Assembly (NCBI GenBank): GCA_964542035.1
Contig: CAZISZ010000003.1
Span: 1-32,948, forward strand
Length of the DNA: 32,948 bases
Direction of reading: 5' to 3'
Origin: an uncultured Ruminococcus sp.
GTDB lineage: Bacteria; Bacillota; Clostridia; Oscillospirales; CAG-272
Every line of letters starts with the position of its first letter. The stretch's first letter is position 1. Both the position numbers and the translations under genes were made by a program. Shown here piece after piece: positions 26,364-32,948 of the stretch. The notes under the pieces are model-generated. The model made no database searches. It was not told the DNA's origin and saw only the letters and a list, made by a program, of their open reading frames with translations.

Positions 26364-27851
26364 TTACTTCGTAAGTACTCTGCCCACCGCCTCGCGCCAA
26401 CCGTGAAGCCTGCGCTCGCGCTCCTCTGTTGTGATGGTGGGTGCAAAACTTCTATCGACATTCCGACACTCCGCAATCTCATTGAGCGTTGCAAACGCGC
26501 CCGTTGCAAGCCCCGCGAGATTGGCGGCACCCAATGCCGTAGTCTCGATGCACTTCGGACGAATTATCGGCGTGCCGAGCAGATCAGCCTGCATCTCAAG
26601 TAAAAGATCGTTTGCCGACGCTCCGCCATCCACCTTAAGTGAAGTCATATCGGCACCCGCTTCGCGTTTCATAAGTTCCAGTACATCGGCGGTTTGATAT
26701 GCCATTGATTCCAGCACTGCGCGAACGACATGCGCGCGTGTGGTACCGCGGGTGATACCAAGCAGCGCACCACGCGCATAGGGATCCCAATACGGCGCCC
26801 CAAGTCCGACAAACGCAGGTATAAACCAAACTCCGCCGCTACTCTCAACAGAGCGCGCCACACTTTCTGTTTCCGCGGCACTTGCGACAAGCCCGAGTCC
26901 GTCACGCAACCACTGTACCGCGGCGCCGCAGATAAACACCGATCCCTCAAGCGCATATGTGACAGGCCGGTTACCGATTCCCCACGCAATTGTGGTAAGT
27001 AATCCGCCATTTGATGTTATCGGATGTGTGCCTGTGTTCATAAGCATAAATCCACCCGTACCGTATTTATTTTTAGCATCGCCTTTATAAAAGCAGCATT
27101 GCCCGAACAGCGCCGCCTGCTGATCGCCCGCTACTCCCGCAACAACAATCGGTGCACCGAAAAGTGCGGGATCCGTTTCGCCGAATATACCGGAAGACGG
27201 ACGCACTTCAGGCAACATACGGCGCGGAATATCAAACATGCGTAAAAGTTCGTCATCCCATTCAAGCGTATTGATATTAAAAAGCATCGTCCTGGAGGCA
27301 TTTGAATAATCGGTGGCGTGTACACGCCCGCCGGTGAGATTATAAATCAACCAACTGTCCACCGTACCGAAGCATAATTCGCCACGTTCAGCCCGATTGC
27401 GTGCTCCCGGTATGTTATCGAGTATCCATTTAAGTTTGGTAGCCGAAAAATAGGCATCTATCAAAAGCCCGGTACGACGTCGGATATCCTCGCATAATTC
27501 GCCGCTTTTTATATAGTCGCAATACTCCGCCGTGCGGCGGCACTGCCATACGATCGCATTACATATAGGCCGCCCGGTATCGCGCTCCCATACTATGGTG
27601 GTTTCACGTTGATTTGTGATACCGATACCGAAAACGTCATCGGCTCCGATCCCGGCGCGTGCAAGTGCCTCGCGCGCGACCTCAAGCTGGGTGTTCCATA
27701 TATCCATGGGATCATGCTCAACCCATCCTTGATGCGGAAAATATTGCGGAAATTCCTTTTGTGAAGAAGCCACTATCCGTCCGCCGCGGTCAAATACTAT
27801 GGAACGTGAACTGGTGGTTCCCTGATCAAGTGCCAAAAGATATTCAGGCAT
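26364..27851 (-). CDS. glpK: Glycerol kinase
   Basis: [64 protein letters not shown] and ETTALG; AAGGAGG RBS. Confidence 0.97.
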   Translation of the reverse strand: MPEYLLALDQGTTSSRSIVFDRGGRIVASSQKEFPQYFPHQGWVEHDPMDIWNTQLEVAREALARAGIGADDVFGIGITNQRETTIVWERDTGRPICNAIVWQCRRTAEYCDYIKSGELCEDIRRRTGLLIDAYFSATKLKWILDNIPGARNRAERGELCFGTVDSWLIYNLTGGRVHATDYSNASRTMLFNINTLEWDDELLRMFDIPRRMLPEVRPSSGIFGETDPALFGAPIVVAGVAGDQQAALFGQCCFYKGDAKNKYGTGGFMLMNTGTHPITSNGGLLTTIAWGIGNRPVTYALEGSVFICGAAVQWLRDGLGLVASAAETESVARSVESSGGVWFIPAFVGLGAPYWDPYARGALLGITRGTTRAHVVRAVLESMAYQTADVLELMKREAGADMTSLKVDGGASANDLLLEMQADLLGTPIIRPKCIETTALGAANLAGLATGAFATLNEIAECRNVDRSFAPTITTEERERRLHGWREAVGRVLTK

Positions 27852-27917
27852 ACCTATACCTCCTTTTTTGTCGGTTTTGATTGTATATTTTATTGTATTT
27901 GTCTATACTACAATATC

Positions 27918-27946
27918 ATTATACAACATTAGCTGGTATATTTCAA
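27918..27946 (-). promoter_or_regulatory. SigmaA promoter for glpK
   Basis: Minus strand TTGAAA-17 nt-TATAAT. Confidence 0.7.
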
Positions 27947-27999
27947 TGATTAAAATAATAAATTCCGCAAAATCCCCACAGCTGTTCAAATACCATATA

Positions 28000-28854
28000 T
28001 TATTTTTTATTGCGCCGCTGTTCATCATAAAAACCGCTTACCGCATTTATTGCCGCACGTATTGTTGATGCCGCCGCATTAAGTGCAGCCGCTGCACGCT
28101 TGGGACGAATCGACACGGAATGATCGCCAAAGACAGATTTGAAATCGTCCGCAACATCATCGATACCGTCGTCGATACCGAGCGCCGCAGACGCATTTGC
28201 AACAGCTGCGGATATTGCCGCCCCGGAAACGGACAGCGCACGGATGGCACGGTGAAGCCCTTCGGAAAGTCGCTCGGCACACTCGGCTTCACGTCTTGCC
28301 GAATCCGACATTTCAAAATATCTTTCGCCTGCAACGAGTTTTTCCGACACACGAGCGGCATATGATGCGTACTTAAGCTCGGATGCCAGCAACAACGCTA
28401 ATGATGAGTACTCGCGAAATTTGTCGATCTCCGCAGCTGCGCCGCCCGAGAGTTCAGACATCTTCCGCGTTGCCGAGGCAAGTTGCGTACAAAGCGCCAC
28501 AAAGGACTTAACGGCGTACTTGCGATCTTCATCCGAATATGAAAACACAAAATCGCGAAGCAGATCTCGTCCGCCCCAATCGTCCACCTGTGCTTCTAAC
28601 GTGTTCACCAGGTTAGTTAAAAACACAACGACACGATTACCGATGTCTTCCGCATTATCTGCGGCGGATTCGGAGACAAGCTTTAGTTTTTCCATGTGTT
28701 CGCACAGTTTTATCGCTTCTCCACCATCGCATCCTTTACCGCCGACGCGATAGTCGTTGACGTACTTTTCAATGACAGACAATGCATCATTGTCATCCGG
28801 GCGCATACTTATCCCCGCTTCCGTCAATCGCACGTAAAGTTCACACCGTGTCAT
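28000..28854 (-). CDS. Hypothetical Ala-rich alpha-helical protein (284 aa)
   Basis: A long ORF filling the khpA-glpK gap, with a GAGGTG RBS before the ATG at 28854. No recognisable motif. Confidence 0.7.
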   Translation of the reverse strand: MTRCELYVRLTEAGISMRPDDNDALSVIEKYVNDYRVGGKGCDGGEAIKLCEHMEKLKLVSESAADNAEDIGNRVVVFLTNLVNTLEAQVDDWGGRDLLRDFVFSYSDEDRKYAVKSFVALCTQLASATRKMSELSGGAAAEIDKFREYSSLALLLASELKYASYAARVSEKLVAGERYFEMSDSARREAECAERLSEGLHRAIRALSVSGAAISAAVANASAALGIDDGIDDVADDFKSVFGDHSVSIRPKRAAAALNAAASTIRAAINAVSGFYDEQRRNKK

Positions 28855-28925
28855 TTTTTCACCTCTACACCGAAAATCATAACAAGTGATAATAACCGCC
28901 CGCATTTTTTAACATCATGCCGCTT

Positions 28926-28964
28926 AACAAACAAAGGGCCGACGCGCCAAAAGCACGACAGCCC
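28926..28964 (-). terminator. Rho-independent terminator after khpA
   Basis: Minus strand gggctgtcgtgc-ttttg-gcgcgtcggccc (stem with G-U pairs) followed by tttgtttgtt. Confidence 0.75.
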
Positions 28965-28979
28965 AACCATGGTCTTGGA

Positions 28980-29219
28980 TTATTTTATCTCAACCGTGAC
29001 TTTTTTTCCCGAGCCTGCCGATGCGGCTTTTACTACGGTACGGATGGCCTTGGCTATCTTGCCGTGTTTGCCTATAACCATACCCGTTTCATCCGATGCT
29101 ACGGTGAGCAAAAGCTCAATGCTGCCGTCACTTTCATTGTCGGTGCGAGTCACGGTAACGGCATCCGGCGTATCGACAATGGCCTTTGCCACGTCTGCAA
29201 CGAGTTTTTCAAGCTCCAT
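28980..29219 (-). CDS. khpA: KH domain RNA-binding protein KhpA (YlqC)
   Basis: 'G.VIGKHGKIAKAIRTV' GxxG loop; directly downstream of rpsP. Confidence 0.95.
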   Translation of the reverse strand: MELEKLVADVAKAIVDTPDAVTVTRTDNESDGSIELLLTVASDETGMVIGKHGKIAKAIRTVVKAASAGSGKKVTVEIK

Positions 29220-29233
29220 ATCTGTACCGACTA

Positions 29234-29476
29234 TCAGTCAATAACTCCGGCTTTTTTAAGCAGGACCTTGACGGTTTCGGTGGGCTGAGCGCCGTTCTTT
29301 ATCCACTCGCGAGCCTTATCGGCATCGATCTTGACTGTTGCGGGCTCGGTGAGAGGATTGTAGTATCCAACCTCTTCAATAAATCTGCCGTTGCGAGGAG
29401 AACGCTCATCTGCAACGATCACGCGGTAGAAAGGCTGCTTCTTGGCGCCCATTCTTCTGAGTCTCATTTTTACCAT
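29234..29476 (-). CDS. rpsP: 30S ribosomal protein S16
   Basis: '[33 protein letters not shown]...GAQPTETV'. Confidence 0.99.
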   Translation of the reverse strand: MVKMRLRRMGAKKQPFYRVIVADERSPRNGRFIEEVGYYNPLTEPATVKIDADKAREWIKNGAQPTETVKVLLKKAGVID

Positions 29477-29523
29477 TGTTTTTTCCTCCGAAAATGTTAA
29501 ATTTAATTTATTTTTGAAAATCC

Positions 29524-30864
29524 TTAAAACGGAAATTTCATTCCTTTTCTCCCGCGCCCGCGGCGCTTGCCTTGCGATGAAAATTGCTTCATCAACTTTT
29601 TTGTTTGCTCAAATTGCTTAAGCAACCTATTTACTTCTTCGATTGATGTTCCACTGCCCGAGGCAATGCGACGTTTGCGTGACGAATTGAGTATCTCGGG
29701 TTTTACACGCTCGCGCGGTGTCATTGATTTGATTATAGCCTCGGTATGAGCAATTGCCTTTTCGTCTATCTTAACATCCTTAAGAGCCGAAGCATTGACT
29801 CCCGGCATCATACCGATAAGCTGTTCCATGGAACCCATATTTTTTATCTGCGCAAACTGCTCAAGGTAATCGTCAAGAGTAAATGTCTGCTCGCGTAGTT
29901 TTCGCTCAAGTTCTTCCGCCTGTTTTTCGTCGAATGCCGCCTCCGCTTTTTCTATAAGCGAAAGCACATCTCCCATACCGAGTATTCGACTTGCCATGCG
30001 ATCCGGATAAAAGGGCTCGATGGCATCAATCTTTTCGCCGACTCCGACGAATTTTATCGGTTTACCGGTTACATATCTTACGGAAAGCGCCGCACCGCCG
30101 CGCGTGTCTCCGTCAAGTTTTGTAAGAATAACACCGGATATATCCAGCATTTCATTAAATTTTTCGGCTACGTTAACGGCATCCTGACCTATCATCGAAT
30201 CGATTGTCAGCAATATCTCGGTTGGCGCAGTCTCTGCTTTAATCGATTGGAGTTCACCCATAAGAGCTTCATCTATGTGAAGTCTTCCGGCGGTATCGAT
30301 AAACACCATATCGCAAAAGTTCTTTTTTGCGTACGCAAGACCGTTTTTTGCTATTTGTACCGGAGATACGTCTGTTCCCTCCGAATATACCGGAACGCCT
30401 ATCTGCTCGCCGAGCACCTCAAGTTGTTTTATTGCAGCGGGACGATAAACATCGCAAGCAACCAAAAGCGGACGTTTTCCTTGCTTTTTGTACATTGCCG
30501 CAAGCTTTGCGGCATGCGTGGTCTTTCCGGCCCCCTGAAGACCTACCATCATTACAACCGTTGGCGGGTTGGATGCAATAGTTAGTTTTGCCTGCGTACC
30601 GCCCATGAGAGCGGTAAGCTCCTCGTTTACTATTTTTATTATCTGCTGTGCCGGCAGAAGCGACTCAAGCACATCCGAACCGACAGCGCGTTCGGTTACC
30701 GTTTTGGTAAATTCTTTAACAACCCTGAAGTTAACATCCGCTTCCAGCAAAGCCATTTTGACTTCGCGCATACCCGCGCGGACATCGGCCTCGGTAAGTT
30801 TGCCCTTACTTTTGAACTTTTTAAAAGCCTCTGTGAGCTTTTCGCTCAAGCTTGAAAAGACCAC
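29524..30864 (-). CDS. ffh: Signal recognition particle protein Ffh
   Basis: [30 protein letters not shown] and an M domain with SRKRRIA.GSG; GTG start with a GGAGG RBS. Confidence 0.99.
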   Translation of the reverse strand: MVFSSLSEKLTEAFKKFKSKGKLTEADVRAGMREVKMALLEADVNFRVVKEFTKTVTERAVGSDVLESLLPAQQIIKIVNEELTALMGGTQAKLTIASNPPTVVMMVGLQGAGKTTHAAKLAAMYKKQGKRPLLVACDVYRPAAIKQLEVLGEQIGVPVYSEGTDVSPVQIAKNGLAYAKKNFCDMVFIDTAGRLHIDEALMGELQSIKAETAPTEILLTIDSMIGQDAVNVAEKFNEMLDISGVILTKLDGDTRGGAALSVRYVTGKPIKFVGVGEKIDAIEPFYPDRMASRILGMGDVLSLIEKAEAAFDEKQAEELERKLREQTFTLDDYLEQFAQIKNMGSMEQLIGMMPGVNASALKDVKIDEKAIAHTEAIIKSMTPRERVKPEILNSSRKRRIASGSGTSIEEVNRLLKQFEQTKKLMKQFSSQGKRRGRGRKGMKFPF

Positions 30865-30922
30865 GTGAATCCTCCCCTCGTTTGTTTTATCGTTATCGCC
30901 TGTCTTTGATGTTTTACATCCG

Positions 30923-31252
30923 TCATCCGACAGTATCGATTATTTTATCTATCACCGTACGAAGTCGCTCATCCTCGCCGCGACCGATCAGCGCTCGCGC
31001 TTCGTCCGCCAAGCACTCTATGTCGCGAAAGCGACGTGCAAGTCCCAACTTTTCCTCGTAAAACGCAAGCTCATCGCCCGCTTTTTTTATAAGGTCACGC
31101 ACGCCTTGCCGCGTGATACCGAGCACTGCGGCTATCTCCGCCAATGACATATCATCATTATAGTAAAAATTCATCGCCTCACGGCGGTGTTCGCTTAAAA
31201 GCTCACCGTAAAAATCCAATAGATAGCCAAGCTCAAGATTTTTTTCAAACAA
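30923..31252 (-). CDS. ylxM: YlxM/p13-like HTH protein (UPF0122)
   Basis: 'LLDFYGELL...YY.DD.SLAEIA...GITRQGV.D.IK.....L..YE.KL'; TTG start at 31252 after AAGGA; upstream of ffh. Confidence 0.95.
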   Translation of the reverse strand: MFEKNLELGYLLDFYGELLSEHRREAMNFYYNDDMSLAEIAAVLGITRQGVRDLIKKAGDELAFYEEKLGLARRFRDIECLADEARALIGRGEDERLRTVIDKIIDTVG

Positions 31253-31305
31253 AAGATAAGACCATCCTTTCCGTTGCGCGCGGTGTAAAGCTTTTTGCTT
31301 TACAT

Positions 31306-31334
31306 AGTATATCATAGGAAACTTGATTTGTCAA
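31306..31334 (-). promoter_or_regulatory. SigmaA promoter for ylxM-ffh-rpsP-khpA
   Basis: Minus strand TTGACA-17 nt-TATACT with an extended TG. Confidence 0.85.
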
Positions 31335-31419
31335 TAGGTAAATTTGATTTTGTTGAGTTTTTCAGCTGCTTTCGCTTAACAAAACAGATCAACATATATA
31401 TAATGTAGTTGAAAAATCA

Positions 31420-32358
31420 ATGATAAAGGAACGTGTGATTTTGCAATACATAGACAGCTTTACCGTTGCATCCGATGAACAAGAAGTGGATCACTTTTTA
31501 AGCGCTCGCCTGCAAAAATTCGACATGCAGTGCTTCTCGCAAACAAGCTTATATCCGTTTTGGGTACTCCCCAAGCGTGGACTGCATCACATTACCTTTG
31601 ACCAAATAACGCTGATATGCGGAGGCAACGGCTCGGGAAAGTCTACACTGCTGAATATTATATCCGAAAAACTGCACCTGCGCCGCCGCGCACCTTTTAA
31701 CCTTACGCTGTATTACGAGGAATACCTTGGGCTTTGCGATTTCGAGCTGACACACGGTAAAGAGGTGCCGCATGAAAGTAAGATACTCACAAGCGATGAC
31801 GTTTTCGACTATCTGCTTGACATAAGAGCGCTGAACTCGGGAGTAGACAAAAAGCGATCCGATATTTTTACGGAATACGACCGGAAGAGAGCGCACAGCG
31901 GCGAATATCGTCTCGGCGGGCTTGAAGATTATGATGAACTCAAGCTGCGAAACGATGCGAGAAAAATGACAAAATCACAATTTACGGGGCATAAACTGCC
32001 TAAAAATCTCGCAACGCACTCAAACGGAGAAAGCGGTTATACCTATTTCACGCAGGAAATAACTACCGGTGCGCTGTATCTTTTAGACGAGCCGGAGAAC
32101 AGCCTTTCCGCCAATCTGCAAAAAATGCTTGCGGATTTTATCGTCGATTCGGTTCGTTTTTACGATTGCCAGTTTATAATCTCCACTCACTCACCGTTTT
32201 TAATGGCAATGCGAGACGCACTAGTGTACGACCTTGACACATCCCCTGTCAGATCGGTGTTTTGGAGCGACGCGACCGGTGTGCGGCTTTGGTGGGATTT
32301 TTTTGCCGAGCACGCGAAGGAAATGCGTAACCGACACCGCGAGTGTGATGACGTTTGA
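31420..32358 (+). CDS. Standalone ABC-class (AAA_21-like) predicted ATPase
   Basis: Walker A GGNGSGKST, signature SNGES, Walker B YLLDEPENSLS and H-loop STHSP. The start may be 31435 or 31441. Confidence 0.9.
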   Translation: MIKERVILQYIDSFTVASDEQEVDHFLSARLQKFDMQCFSQTSLYPFWVLPKRGLHHITFDQITLICGGNGSGKSTLLNIISEKLHLRRRAPFNLTLYYEEYLGLCDFELTHGKEVPHESKILTSDDVFDYLLDIRALNSGVDKKRSDIFTEYDRKRAHSGEYRLGGLEDYDELKLRNDARKMTKSQFTGHKLPKNLATHSNGESGYTYFTQEITTGALYLLDEPENSLSANLQKMLADFIVDSVRFYDCQFIISTHSPFLMAMRDALVYDLDTSPVRSVFWSDATGVRLWWDFFAEHAKEMRNRHRECDDV

Positions 32359-32419
32359 TAAGATTTGTATCGTAAAAACTCACGTTCGACCTATTTCAAA
32401 TCGTTTTTGTCAAAAACAC

Positions 32420-32448
32420 TTGACAGAACGCACATAATTTAATATAAT
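32420..32448 (+). promoter_or_regulatory. Consensus sigmaA promoter for mscL
   Basis: Perfect TTGACA-17 nt-TATAAT. Confidence 0.85.
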
Positions 32449-32583
32449 TATATTATCACAGAATTGTCATGACATGAATTCGGCGATATCCTGTCCCCTA
32501 ATCTCGTGCTATCGGCGAGAATGTCCTGGCGTATATTTATTACATTTTCATGTCGCATGCAGCGACAAGACGGAGGAATAATT

Positions 32584-32948
32584 ATGGCACAAAAAGAAAA
32601 AAAGAAATCCGGTTTTTGGTCGGATTTTCGTAAATTCATAATGCGCGGCAATGTCCTTGACCTCGCGGTGGCCGTGGTCGTGGGCGGCGCGTTCAACAAG
32701 ATCGTATCTGGTCTTGTTTCTTACATAATCAACCCTTTTATCGGCATATTTATGAAAGAGGGCAGTCTTGACACAATAAAAACCGTTATAAACCCCGCGG
32801 TGCTTGCCGACGACGGCGTCACCGTAGTTACCGAAGAAGTCGCTATACTTTGGGGCACATGGCTTCAAACCATACTTGACTTTCTTATCATAGCGCTCGT
32901 CATATTCACGGTTGTTCGCATACTGACCAAAGCCGAGAACACACTCCA
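32584..32948 (+). CDS. mscL: Large-conductance mechanosensitive channel, 3' truncated by the window (absent from the ORF track)
   Basis: GGAGG RBS, then MAQKEKKKSGFWSDFRKFIMRGNVLDLAVAVVVGGAFNKIVSGLV...WGTWLQTILDFLIIA; open to the window end. Confidence 0.96.
   Translation, partial: MAQKEKKKSGFWSDFRKFIMRGNVLDLAVAVVVGGAFNKIVSGLVSYIINPFIGIFMKEGSLDTIKTVINPAVLADDGVTVVTEEVAILWGTWLQTILDFLIIALVIFTVVRILTKAENTL

Noticed and set aside
32408-32425. GlnR/TnrA box at the mscL promoter
   Set aside because: The spacing is TGTCA-N8-TGACA rather than N7, and one half is simply the -35 hexamer.
32448-32868. Minus-strand ORFs of 83 and 106 aa
   Set aside because: They are antisense to the clear mscL reading frame starting at 32584.
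1-32948. CRISPR array, tRNA, rRNA or IS transposase
   Set aside because: I saw no regularly spaced direct repeats, cloverleaf or rRNA-like segments, or transposase motifs; the intergenic gaps are short and mostly explained.

Overview
This is a chromosomal housekeeping and metabolic segment from a Firmicute. Gene content (SpoIID/LytB protein, DUF711-ACT pair, ylxM-ffh-rpsP-khpA) and sigmaA-type promoters point to Clostridia. About 32 CDS are supportable, running from the 3' end of a type II topoisomerase A subunit through deoC, a XerC-type recombinase, polA, ldh, glpK, ffh and rpsP to the 5' end of mscL. I saw no rRNA, tRNA, CRISPR array, prophage or transposase. The most unusual element is a four-gene minus-strand operon (8659-5397) descended from the clostridial biotin-dependent Na+-pumping decarboxylase cluster. 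Every part appears disarmed while the reading frames and translational coupling stay intact. The OadA-like subunit lacks its metal ligands and catalytic Lys/Thr, and the biotin carrier is a 63-aa stub with no biotinyl domain. The OadG-like subunit lacks its membrane anchor, and the Na+-pump beta subunit gene is absent. This could be a repurposed non-catalytic complex or an operon in early decay. Secondary points are a xer-MutS-domain-V operon, a coiled-coil plus SpoIID/LytB pair behind the topoisomerase, very long intergenic palindromes, and several candidate operators and structured leaders. All calls come from motif reading by eye; no database search was run.
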